Below are positions 46,674 through 56,300 of a stretch of 64,000 nucleotides of DNA, in pieces (position 1 is the stretch's first letter; every line of letters starts with the position of its first letter). A model generated the notes under the pieces. The model saw nothing but the letters and a program-made list of their open reading frames with translations. It was not told the origin of the DNA and made no database searches. This DNA comes from Treponema sp. (GTDB lineage: Bacteria; Spirochaetota; Spirochaetia; Treponematales; Treponemataceae). Made by a program: the position numbers and the translations under genes. The stretch is taken from the NCBI RefSeq assembly GCF_017430385.1, contig NZ_JAFRNB010000128.1:7690-71689 (forward strand), written 5' to 3'.

Positions 46674-48722
46674 TTACCTCGTGCGGCGGACGCGGGCGAA
46701 TAGCTCTTCTTTGGTGAGAGTTGTCCAGCAGGGGCGGCCGTGCGGGCAGTGAGGGTCTTTTAGCTCCAGTGCTTCGCGCGCAAGATTTTCTGCGGCTTCT
46801 GGGCCTAAGATTGTTCCGTCTTTGACTGCAGCTTTGCAGGCGGTCATTGCGGCAATCTGGTAGATAATTTCTTCCGGGCTGACATGTTTTTCAAAAAGGG
46901 CGGCTTTTAAGTCGGCCTCAGTTCCTTTGTAGCGGGCGGGGAGTGAGCTAAAAATCCACTTTCCGCCCCCTTTGTTTTCGCAAGTGAAGCCTGCTGTTGT
47001 GAGCGTTGTTTGAATCGAAGAAAGATAATCGTCATCTTCTTTGGACTCGGTGTGGATTTCATAAGGAACCAGAAGTTCCTGCTTTTCGCTGCCCCCTGCC
47101 ATCAGTTTGTTGAAAAGAATGCGTTCATGGGCTGCGTGCTGGTCAATAAGATAGAAAACGCCGCTTTTCTGAACCATGAGAAATGTGCCGAAAAGAGTTC
47201 CGTAGTAAACAAAATCAGGATCAGCTCTGGATGAGACGGAGCTTCCCGGAATTGAGAAGCGCATTTCGTTTCCGTCCTGGAATCGGATGTGATTTTTTGC
47301 GAAAGAGTCTGAAACTTTCGGCTGATTCAATGATGATGAAACGGCTTCAGAAGATTCGGATGGTGCGGATGAATCCAGTGCGTAATCTGCCAGTCGTGAT
47401 GAATATGATGATGCTGAAGATTTTCCTGAATCGAAAGTAGAGCTGGTGTGGTCGATTTTGAATCTTGCTTCTTTGTTGGGAGCGTTGTTAATAGAAAAAT
47501 CTTTTGCGCTAAAGCGAGATTCTGCAACATCGAGATTTGTGCCAAAAGACTTCCTGTTGAAAAATCTCTCTGTGCCCTCCTGGTTCTCTGCGAGGGATTC
47601 TTTTTCTGCACGGGCAAGCTCGTTATCCACGATTGCCTGAAAAAGCGTGTTCCTTTCGTTTTTGGCGATTTCTTCCTGAATTTCTTGCTCGCGCTCAAAG
47701 CTGTTTTTGATTCCATAGCTTCGGAAGTAATTTTTTACTCCGCTACTTACTCCGTGGTGAACGCTTGAAATGTCTTTGAAACGAACTTCTTTTTTGGCAG
47801 GATGAATGTTGAAATCAACGAGGCGCGGGCTTACTTTGAGAAAAAGGGCAGCGACTGGGTGCGTGCCGTTGGGAAAAAAGCCCTGACAGCCGTATTCAAT
47901 TGCCTGCATCAAGGAATATTCCTGAACGCGGCGACCGTTTACGAAAATGTAGATTTGCTTTCTGTCGTTTCGGTAGATGCCTGGTTCTCCAATTACAAGA
48001 GAATAGCTCCAGTCGGTTGTTCCGTCATTTTCCTTTCCGCTTGATTTTATTTCTGCAAAAAGGCTTGTGCTTTCTTTTAGTTCAAGCGCGCGGGCAAATC
48101 GTTCTGCAAGTGTGACTCCAGATGGAAGATCGTGGCGGATTGTGTCGTCAACTGTGAGGCGGAAAGCAATGTCCGGGCGGGGAAGGGATTTTTCGATAAA
48201 GACTTCGCGGCACATCATTGTCTCAGATGAAGGCCGTTTTAGAAAGTTCCGTCGGGCAGGGAAGTTTTCAAAAAGGCCTTCGCTCATGACGATTGTGCCT
48301 TTTCCGTCCTGAACTGGTGGTATTGTCTCAATCAAGTGGTCTTCGGTGATGCTTGCACGCATTTTGTTCGAACCGCTCATGATTGAAAGGCGGGCTACGG
48401 CTGCGATTGAGGCAAGTGCTTCACCACGAAAGCCTAGAGTCGTGAGATTCAATAAATCTTCGGATTCGGCGATTTTGCTTGTACAGTGGGGGCGGGCACA
48501 GTTTTTGAGGTCATCCAGAGTCATGCCCGCACCGTTGTCCGCGATTCGGATTTTTTCGATGCCGCCGCCTGCGATTTCGACATTGATTGAATCGGCTCCG
48601 GAATCTACGGCATTGTCGAGAAGCTCGCGCACGATTGCGGCAGGGCGGTCAATTACTTCACCGGCGGCGATTTTTCTTGCGACATCAACTGAAAGTGCGC
48701 GGACAGGCCTTCGTTCGCTCAT
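46674..48722 (-). CDS. mutL: DNA mismatch repair endonuclease MutL
   Basis: IAAGEVIDRP, ELLDNAVDSG, GFRGEALASI, DQHAAHER, CPHGRP. Confidence 0.97.
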   Translation of the reverse strand: MSERRPVRALSVDVARKIAAGEVIDRPAAIVRELLDNAVDSGADSINVEIAGGGIEKIRIADNGAGMTLDDLKNCARPHCTSKIAESEDLLNLTTLGFRGEALASIAAVARLSIMSGSNKMRASITEDHLIETIPPVQDGKGTIVMSEGLFENFPARRNFLKRPSSETMMCREVFIEKSLPRPDIAFRLTVDDTIRHDLPSGVTLAERFARALELKESTSLFAEIKSSGKENDGTTDWSYSLVIGEPGIYRNDRKQIYIFVNGRRVQEYSLMQAIEYGCQGFFPNGTHPVAALFLKVSPRLVDFNIHPAKKEVRFKDISSVHHGVSSGVKNYFRSYGIKNSFEREQEIQEEIAKNERNTLFQAIVDNELARAEKESLAENQEGTERFFNRKSFGTNLDVAESRFSAKDFSINNAPNKEARFKIDHTSSTFDSGKSSASSYSSRLADYALDSSAPSESSEAVSSSLNQPKVSDSFAKNHIRFQDGNEMRFSIPGSSVSSRADPDFVYYGTLFGTFLMVQKSGVFYLIDQHAAHERILFNKLMAGGSEKQELLVPYEIHTESKEDDDYLSSIQTTLTTAGFTCENKGGGKWIFSSLPARYKGTEADLKAALFEKHVSPEEIIYQIAAMTACKAAVKDGTILGPEAAENLAREALELKDPHCPHGRPCWTTLTKEELFARVRRTR

Positions 48723-49024
48723 TATTGGCGCAATCCTTCTTGTGGTGCGCCCGCACTTCCTGTTGTGGCATCGGCTCCGCTGAACAAATCAAGCTGAGGC
48801 TCAATGTTTATCTGCGGAACAGGCGAGGCCGGGTCAGCTTTTACCGGCTGATTCATGAGAATCTGGATTTTGCCTTCGATTTTTTCTATATCTTTTTCAA
48901 GAGTCTTTGCAAGTTTGATTCCTTCCTCAAAATTAGCAAGCGCATCTTCGAGAGAAATGTCCTGCTTGCGGATATTTGCTGTGAGTTCTTCCAATCGGGA
49001 AAGGTTTTCTTCAAATGATTTCAT
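48722..49024 (-). CDS. xseB: Exodeoxyribonuclease VII small subunit
   Basis: SFEENLSRLEEL...ISLEDALANFEEGIKL...IEGKIQIL. Confidence 0.9.
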   Translation of the reverse strand: MKSFEENLSRLEELTANIRKQDISLEDALANFEEGIKLAKTLEKDIEKIEGKIQILMNQPVKADPASPVPQINIEPQLDLFSGADATTGSAGAPQEGLRQ

Positions 49025-49071
49025 AACTCACAGTGTATCAGAAAAATCGGATAAGTTCCACAAAAATCATT

Positions 49072-49195
49072 AAGGGCGAAATCCACCTGCTTGCGCTGTT
49101 CCGCAGTTCGCTAACGCTCAGCCGCTTCCCTCACTCACTCCGTTCGTTCAGTCCAGTGGCCGCCTCCGGCGCTGCTCCATAGCTGGCGCGCCCTT
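49072..49195. repeat. GC-rich intergenic element bounded by AAGGGCG/CGCCCTT
   Basis: 7-bp terminal inverted repeat; internal GTTCGCTAACGCTCA and CACTCACTCCGTTCGTTCA motifs. Confidence 0.5.
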
Positions 49196-49358
49196 TCTTT
49201 TTATCCAAAACCGACTTTCTTTTTAACAATTCTGATTTTATTTAAATCGCGTTGCCAAAAATGAAAATTTTTTGGAAATAAATATATGTCAGAAGGAAAA
49301 CTTTCCTCAGAGCATGGATTTTCCCCTGACGGAAATTTATTTTTTACGAGGCGTATTT

Positions 49359-50177
49359 ATGGCAGCCAAAAGAAAGACTAAAAGCTGGGAAGAATTAACA
49401 TTCGCGGACAATTTTTTGTTCTGCAAAATTCTGGAAAGCGAGCCTGAGCTGTGCCGGGAACTCATAGAGTTGCTTCTTCACATCAAAATCGACCATCTTG
49501 AGCAGCCGCAGTCAGAGAAGACAGTGCAGGAATCGTTCGATGTGAAAAGCGTTAGATTCGACGTCTACACGAAGGACGACAGGCGAATTTTTGATCTGGA
49601 AATGCAGACCACCGACACGAAAAACCTTCCAAAGCGTGCAAGGTATTACCAGAGCGCAATCGACACGGACAATCTGGCGAAAGGCGAGAATTACACGAAA
49701 CTGAAAGACTCTTACATCATCTTCATCTGTCTTGACGACATCTTCGGAAAAGAACTTCCAGTCTATTCCTTCGAGAATTTATGCCGGGAGGACAAAAACC
49801 TAAAGCTAAACGACCGGACATACAAAGTCTTTTTCAATGCAAAAAACTGTGATAAACTTAAGACACAGGAAGAGAAAGACTTCTTCAAATTCCTCAAAGG
49901 GAGCAAAGCCGAAACCTCACTTTCCAAGAGAATTGAAGAAAAAGTCGAGTTCGCAAAGAAAAACTCTGATTGGAGGAAAAACTACATGACCTGGCAGCAG
50001 ACGATAGATGAAGAAAAAGAAATTTCGTTCGAGGAAGGAGCGCAGGCAAATGCCATTGAAAACGCCCGGAATCTTCTTCGTATGAATTTGTTAACAGAAG
50101 AACAGATTTCTCAGGCCGTATCCCTTCCGCTGGAGCAGGTGATTGCACTCAAAAATGAATTGAAAACGGAAAGTTGA
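49359..50177 (+). CDS. Rpn family recombination-promoting nuclease / putative transposase (PD-(D/E)XK)
   Basis: LTFADNFLFCKIL; KSVRFDVY...IFDLEMQ; PKRARYYQSAID; YIIFIC..DIF; C-terminal helical/HTH-like tail. ATG 49359 after GAGG. Confidence 0.9.
   Translation: MAAKRKTKSWEELTFADNFLFCKILESEPELCRELIELLLHIKIDHLEQPQSEKTVQESFDVKSVRFDVYTKDDRRIFDLEMQTTDTKNLPKRARYYQSAIDTDNLAKGENYTKLKDSYIIFICLDDIFGKELPVYSFENLCREDKNLKLNDRTYKVFFNAKNCDKLKTQEEKDFFKFLKGSKAETSLSKRIEEKVEFAKKNSDWRKNYMTWQQTIDEEKEISFEEGAQANAIENARNLLRMNLLTEEQISQAVSLPLEQVIALKNELKTES
49986..50177 (+). CDS. Putative in-frame internal product (RpnS-like intragenic antitoxin, 63 aa)
   Basis: GGAGG at 49972-49976, 9 nt before an in-frame ATG at 49986 that begins the C-terminal domain. 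Confidence 0.6.
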   Translation: MTWQQTIDEEKEISFEEGAQANAIENARNLLRMNLLTEEQISQAVSLPLEQVIALKNELKTES

Positions 50178-50198
50178 AAGTTGAAAACTGAAATCATT

Positions 50199-50376
50199 GC
50201 AATCCGCGGGAAAAAGTATTGCCGTACTCGATGTTTAATACAGCAATACTTGATGCTTCACATTGCAATACTTGATGCTTCACATTGCAATACTTTTACA
50301 TTCATACGGCAATGTTTGAGTGTTAGTATTGCTGTATGAATATGTTAGTATTGCCGTTTGAAAACTTGCGGATTGC
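50199..50376. repeat. Foldback element with 22-bp periodic GCAATAC units
   Basis: GCAAT(A/C)C-like units at 50199, 50221 (degenerate), 50243, 50265, 50287, 50309; inverted units ending at 50332, 50354, 50376; terminal GCAATCCGC/GCGGATTGC. Confidence 0.85.
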
Positions 50377-50386
50377 CGTGCAATTG

Positions 50387-53386
50387 TTAGTCGTCGTTCA
50401 AATTTACGGTAAACCAGTAGTGAGCTCGTCTGCCGCTGTCACTTATTGTAGCGCCAGAAGAGTTGACACATTGCGAATCAAAACTATAGTTATGGCTGCT
50501 GTTCATGCCGGCCTTTAATTGCTCCAAAGTGCGTGTCGTATGTGTGTACCCTTTGTTTACAATTCCACATGAAACAGAAGAATCGCTGGTATCGTCTGCC
50601 AGACTCGTATAAAAGTAGAATGTACTATCAGGGGCAGTAAGAGTAACATAATTGGAGTTTGAATTCGTTGTAAGTATCTTAGAGAGAGAACCGTTTTCGC
50701 CGCTGGTTTCAGCCCATGCCTTAATTGTCTGTCGTCCAGTATCTTTGCCGTCATTCTTTCCCTCGATGTACAGTTCCACAGAGAGAAAAAGCCTGCAATT
50801 TTGATCTCTTGTACAGAACGCTGTTACGTTAGGCACTGTCACTGTTACCGGCTTAATCATTGCATGTACCCTTGTCGTTGCCGTCACACTCTCGCTTCCC
50901 TTTGTAAGTGTTGCGCTCAGTGTGTGGTAGCCGTCAGAAAGGCCTATGTCGTAAGGAACGCCGACATTAGTGCCGTCAAGCATGAATTCCATAGACCAGT
51001 CCATGCTGCCAAACGGATTTGTGACATCTAGACTCAGATTATCATAGTCAAGATAGCTGTATTTGATTACGATATACGGCTTATCCTCGTGTGTTTCAGT
51101 GCCGTAAACAGTTCCGTTCGGGAATGTATTATCAAAAGAGAAAACTATATTCGTAAGGTATCCTTCATTTGAGATGTCAAAAATTTCCAGCTGCTCTGAT
51201 TGCTGCCTTATGCTGAATTTTGCCCGCTCATTTGCAATCGTTGTTGAAGTCGGCTCTGCAAGAGAGAGAATCGGAGTTCCGTCCGCATATTCCTCTGGCG
51301 TGATTGTTGCGACATGGCTGGAAGTCAGCGAATCTGAAAGAGCAACTGTTTTTCCTGTAATTAGATACAGGTCGTTCTTCTTGTCGTTACCCGCTGGAAT
51401 TGAGATTGAGCCTGAGAGAGTCAGACTTCCGTTGTTCATAAAGATTCCGCCACCTCTTCCAGTTGCGGAATTTGACTCAATGCTTCCGCCCGTAATCTCC
51501 GTTTCTCCCGATGCATAAAGTCCGCCACCGTCTTCGGTTACGCTGTTACCTTTAATAACGCCGCCTGACATCGTAAGGCTTCCAGAAACATAGATTCCGC
51601 CGCCCTGTTCTGCGGTGTTTGCGTCTTCCTCCGAGTTTCCGCCGATTGTCCCGCCTTCAAATGTAAACGATTTTCCGTACTCGATGAAGACTCCGCCGCC
51701 GAATTTGTTTGCGCGGTTACCCTTTATTACAGCCGTTCCGCCCACAGTGACAGTTCCGTTCTTTGCCGGGTCTGAATCAACAGGTCCTCCGCAGTAAATG
51801 CCGCCGCCGCTTGTTCCTGTAGCCTTGTTTCCTGAAATTTCACCGCCGGTAACGCTTACAATGCCGTTTCTAGCGTAGATTCCGCCCGCACGGGATGCTT
51901 CGTTCTCGGAAATTTTTCCGCCAGTCATAGTGAATCTTGCTTCAGGACATTCCTTTTCAAATGCTACGGCTCCACCGCTATCATTAGCAGTATTTCCAGA
52001 AATCTCACCGCCGCTCATGGTACAGATGCCTTTTCCGTTGATGAATATGCCGCCGCCGTTTTTGGAAACTGTATTGCCGCTAATTTTTGCACCAGTTTCT
52101 AGTTTTATCGTTCCTGCAGAAATGTTGATTCCCCCGCCGTTTGCAGCTTTTCCGTTCATGATTGTAAGGTTTTTGATTGTGACAGGCTTCGTCATTCCTA
52201 TCGTAAGAACCGAGCCTTTCTGCTCTCCGTTGAGGATGTCTGAGTCGCTTCCCGTAACTCCGCAAATCGTGATTGATTTTACCTTTTCATCGAGTGAGGA
52301 AGGAAAATTCGTGGTCGTAGTTCCTGATTTTGGCTTGATTTCGCCACTTATCAGAATCGTGTAATCAGTTGAGCTTGAGCCAACTGCGGAAATCATTGAG
52401 ATTGCCTTTGAGACTGTCGCAAACGGGGCGTAAGGGCTTCCAGTTCCTGTTGTGTCAGATGGAACGACATTACTTCCGTCTGCAAGTTTTAAGCCTGTGT
52501 TTCCAACATAGATTTGTGTTCGTGCGAATGTTTCAATTAGTGCGGAACTGACCTCAAAATTTCCGCTTGAATTGATTGGTTCTGCCGAGCCGCCACCTGA
52601 AATCCATTTGTTCGTGGTTAAGCATGACAAGACGTTTACTGACTGTATGGAAGAGTAGAGGAGAACGCTTTTGTCATCATAAAAACTGAATCTAACTTCA
52701 TAGACCTTTGGTGATATGCCGCTTGTAGAATCTCCATCAACTTTTGGTTTGCTCAGCGTGTAAGTTGTGCCGGAAAGATTTTCATCTGTATTCCCCCAGT
52801 CGGAATCTGGACAAGTTGTTGTAATGCGCTTAATGGATGAATCTACGGTTATCGTAAGTTCCACGAATCCGTTCGCAGTGTTTTCAGAAGCGGCCGTATT
52901 CAAAATAAAATCATGCGTTAAAGTTCCATTGCCTGCGTTTTCCCTTGTCGGCGTGACATCCTTCCATTCGTCTTTTAGGATAATTGTATCATCAGATTTC
53001 AGGCCTGCCGTTACGGTGTAAGTTCTTCCCAAAACAAGGCTGATTGAATAAGAGCCGTCCGTTACCGTTCCGTTAATTGTTTCGCTGCCGCTGACTGCCT
53101 GAATGAAATAACCGGTCAAACTTACGGTAGGTGCGGCACTTCTTGAAGAATCAGAAGCAGTTGCATTTGCAGATAGATTTTCTGCTATTTGACTTGGTAA
53201 AGCACCGTTCGTTGAAATTCTTCCAGTCAGTGTGACGAATTCTGTAGAATTACAAGAATCAACATATCCCACATCATATACAGAGTGTGACTCTGAATCC
53301 GTGATGTTTATACATGAAGAGAAAAAGACTGCCGCAAAAAGCAGCGAAATAAAACAAAATAAAGGATATTTTCTCATTTTAGTCAT
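50387..53386 (-). CDS. Surface lipoprotein with right-handed beta-helix (GGGI..N repeats)
   Basis: Lipobox FFSSC; GTGSPYAPFATVSKAI cap; repeated GG(G/A)(I/V)...MSGGEISGN units; start ATG 53386 after AAGGA. Confidence 0.85.
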   Translation of the reverse strand: MTKMRKYPLFCFISLLFAAVFFSSCINITDSESHSVYDVGYVDSCNSTEFVTLTGRISTNGALPSQIAENLSANATASDSSRSAAPTVSLTGYFIQAVSGSETINGTVTDGSYSISLVLGRTYTVTAGLKSDDTIILKDEWKDVTPTRENAGNGTLTHDFILNTAASENTANGFVELTITVDSSIKRITTTCPDSDWGNTDENLSGTTYTLSKPKVDGDSTSGISPKVYEVRFSFYDDKSVLLYSSIQSVNVLSCLTTNKWISGGGSAEPINSSGNFEVSSALIETFARTQIYVGNTGLKLADGSNVVPSDTTGTGSPYAPFATVSKAISMISAVGSSSTDYTILISGEIKPKSGTTTTNFPSSLDEKVKSITICGVTGSDSDILNGEQKGSVLTIGMTKPVTIKNLTIMNGKAANGGGINISAGTIKLETGAKISGNTVSKNGGGIFINGKGICTMSGGEISGNTANDSGGAVAFEKECPEARFTMTGGKISENEASRAGGIYARNGIVSVTGGEISGNKATGTSGGGIYCGGPVDSDPAKNGTVTVGGTAVIKGNRANKFGGGVFIEYGKSFTFEGGTIGGNSEEDANTAEQGGGIYVSGSLTMSGGVIKGNSVTEDGGGLYASGETEITGGSIESNSATGRGGGIFMNNGSLTLSGSISIPAGNDKKNDLYLITGKTVALSDSLTSSHVATITPEEYADGTPILSLAEPTSTTIANERAKFSIRQQSEQLEIFDISNEGYLTNIVFSFDNTFPNGTVYGTETHEDKPYIVIKYSYLDYDNLSLDVTNPFGSMDWSMEFMLDGTNVGVPYDIGLSDGYHTLSATLTKGSESVTATTRVHAMIKPVTVTVPNVTAFCTRDQNCRLFLSVELYIEGKNDGKDTGRQTIKAWAETSGENGSLSKILTTNSNSNYVTLTAPDSTFYFYTSLADDTSDSSVSCGIVNKGYTHTTRTLEQLKAGMNSSHNYSFDSQCVNSSGATISDSGRRAHYWFTVNLNDD

Positions 53387-53396
53387 GCTCAATTCC

Positions 53397-56300
53397 TTAT
53401 TTATTATCAAGTTCTCCAAGGTCAAGTTCTGGCTTGCCGACTGCATTTAGCTTCCATGAAGCAAACTGCAATGAATCTGAGCTGTTAGTACTTGCCCAAT
53501 TATTAAGCGAATTTTTAGTAGTCTGGCTGTCAGAAGATGTTGTAACATTTTGTGAACCTATAGTAACTGACCCGCTATAGTTTACTATGTTTCCACTTGT
53601 ATAACTTCCATCCATGCAGTAATTATTTGTAATCCATTCTATACTAGAAAAACTGTCAGCTATTTTAGATGAAAAACCATAATAAGAAGTGCCTGAATTA
53701 CAGTTATTTTTTAGATGCGGTTTTTTAGACAGATTACCAAAAAGCCCGCTGCTCTCGCTTCCAGAGTTAACATCTCCATTGTTACAGCAGTTTAATACCA
53801 TTTTATTAGTAGCAGAAGCATCATTTCCGTTATTTAAGTATCCTGCTATTCCACCTACACTATTAGCTGATGTTGTAGTTGTAATAGTCCCAACATTTTT
53901 ACAGTTACTAATAGCTGTATATTCACATAATTGCCCAACTATACCGCCAAGACCATAAATAGGCTTACTTACTGATATATTTCCCTTATTTATACATCTG
54001 TCAATTATGATTGAACTATCCCAGCAATCTCCTGCTATTCCCCCAGCTCTTATGCTCCCACCTCTATCAATAGTAATATTTCCCTTATTTACGCAGTTTT
54101 TTATTACACTTGAACCGTTAGAAGGTCGGTTTATAGAAGATACAATACCACCAACATAAACTTCTCCGGTGCTATTAATTGAGTCAGATGAACTAATTGT
54201 AATATTTGTTTCTGAAACACAATTTTCTACCGTGCCTTCTTTTAAGATGCCTATTATAGAGCCGCGGTTTGAAGTTCCTGCCACCGTCAGGTTTTTTATT
54301 GTGCCACCTTTTACATAATAAAATAGAGCACTATATTTGTAATTAGAGGAGGTTTCTGGTATTGTATTTGTTATTTTGTGTCCGTCTCCGTCTAAAGTTC
54401 CGCTAAAAGCATATTCAGTATTAGAACCAAAAGAGGAATATTGGAAATATCCAATTGTAATCTGCTCTCCTTGAGTATCAATATCATCGGTTAATTTAAA
54501 TGTTACATTTTCTAAAGTTGAACGCGGTGCTGTGCCTACCCAAGTTCTAATCTGCTTTAACTCGTCCAATGTGCTTAGCGTATAAGTTCCAGATGTCGGA
54601 GCTTCCGTAAGACTTGAAACTGGATAAATAGGCTCATAATCGAATCCACACTTCCCGTTCGTACATGCTACGCTACCATCAGTGTCCCCATCTTCCAGAG
54701 TTCCATCATGCCATTTTGTTGCACTTGTGGAGTTATCAGGGCGCCTAACTTTGCCCCACTGTTCCTTAGTTCCTTGATAGGTGATTGTAAATCCGCTATT
54801 ACAGTCTGTAAATGCACCTGCTTGAATTCCATAATGCTCGCCGCTTCCTGTAATTCCTGCTGGAATAGTTATGCTTGCAAGTTTTACGCAGCCGTTAAAG
54901 GCATTTGTGCAAATCCATTGGGTGTTTTTGCTGAGAGTTACGCTTGTAAGATTTGTACAGTCTTTGAACAAGTTAGGAATTACATATTGCATCCAGTCTG
55001 GAAGTATAATTGATTTCAGTTGTGTACAGTCTTTAAAATATGCTCCGTTATTGTAAGTTGCAATGTCGCTTAATCTTGATGTATTAATTGCATCAAGATT
55101 TATGAATACATTGCTTGAGCGGCTTTTTATTGCACTTGCTACCTTTGCAAGTCCTTCTTCTGTTCCGGGACCTACCGCACCTTCAACTTCTACGGTGTAT
55201 TCTCCTGCTTCTGTAAGTGAGTTTATGTAAAAAGCTGCATTTATGGCATTTTTAGAAATATTTATAGAAAAATATGCATCATGTGATAGGCCAAGGTAGG
55301 TTGATGTAATTTTGAGAATATAATTATCCCGATAGGTTTGTGCAGGTACTGTCAGGGATATTTTTCCTGTTGATGAATTTGCCGTGACAGCAATGCCGTC
55401 TGCTACAATTATAGCATCATTTAGAAGGCTTGCAGTCCATGTTACTTCTTTTTCTTCAATGAGAGTCTTTCCGTTTTCTGTGATTGTTAATGGAATTGCC
55501 GTGCCTTTTTTTGTAATCGTAGGATTTATAACAAAAACAGCCTCTTGTCCCGGATAGATTACTGTAGCGTCAGAATCATCCTGATTTTTAAGTGCAAAAC
55601 TGAAATTGTAATCAGCAAGAGTGTAGACAGTTCCGTTTGATGAAAACATCCACTTAGCATAAAGCGTGAGGTCTTTAAGATTTTCCCTGACCTTGATTTT
55701 CTGGACTGTATTTGGAGCCGTGCCGGATTCCGGCACTTTGGATGCTTCGGCAAAATCTGCGGAAGTGTACCAGCCTGAGAATGTCATGCTGCTGTTTGAA
55801 AGTTTCGGAAGGGTGATGTAACCGTCTGTGCCAGCACCGGCTTTTCGGCTGAATTTCAATGTCATTACGCTGTCTGTTGGGTCGAGTGCGTCCGCGACGG
55901 GAACATCGGCGTTTGTTGTCGGCTCGTAACCATCATAAGTAATTGAATAAACTTGGTTCAGGTTGAAGTTTGTTACTTCTGCCTTTGTTGTGATTCCTTT
56001 TTCGATGCGGAAAACGTTTTTGTAGGTGTTGAGTACTTCTGACAATGGGGCAGAGGAGTTGTTTGCATTTTTTGCACGGAATTCTATCTTTAATGCGTGC
56101 GTTCCAGGCGTTAAGCCAGACTCTTTCCAAATGATTGTATCTCCAGATTTCTGTGTGTCGGGAAGGGGCAAACCATTTACTATTACTTCGTAATCAACGC
56201 CCTCTGTTCCGGTAAATGTGAGTGAAAAATCCAGCGTTCCTGTCGTCGCTCCGTCAGCCGGTTCAAGCGTAAAACTCAGCGGATTTTCGCCGCCGCTTTT

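Noticed and set aside
49359-50177. Bona fide IS element
   Set aside because: No matching terminal inverted repeats or target duplication around the gene; Rpn proteins are not demonstrated transposases.
50199-50376. CRISPR array or replication origin
   Set aside because: 22-bp period is too short for repeat plus spacer, units occur in both orientations, and no rep or cas gene is adjacent.
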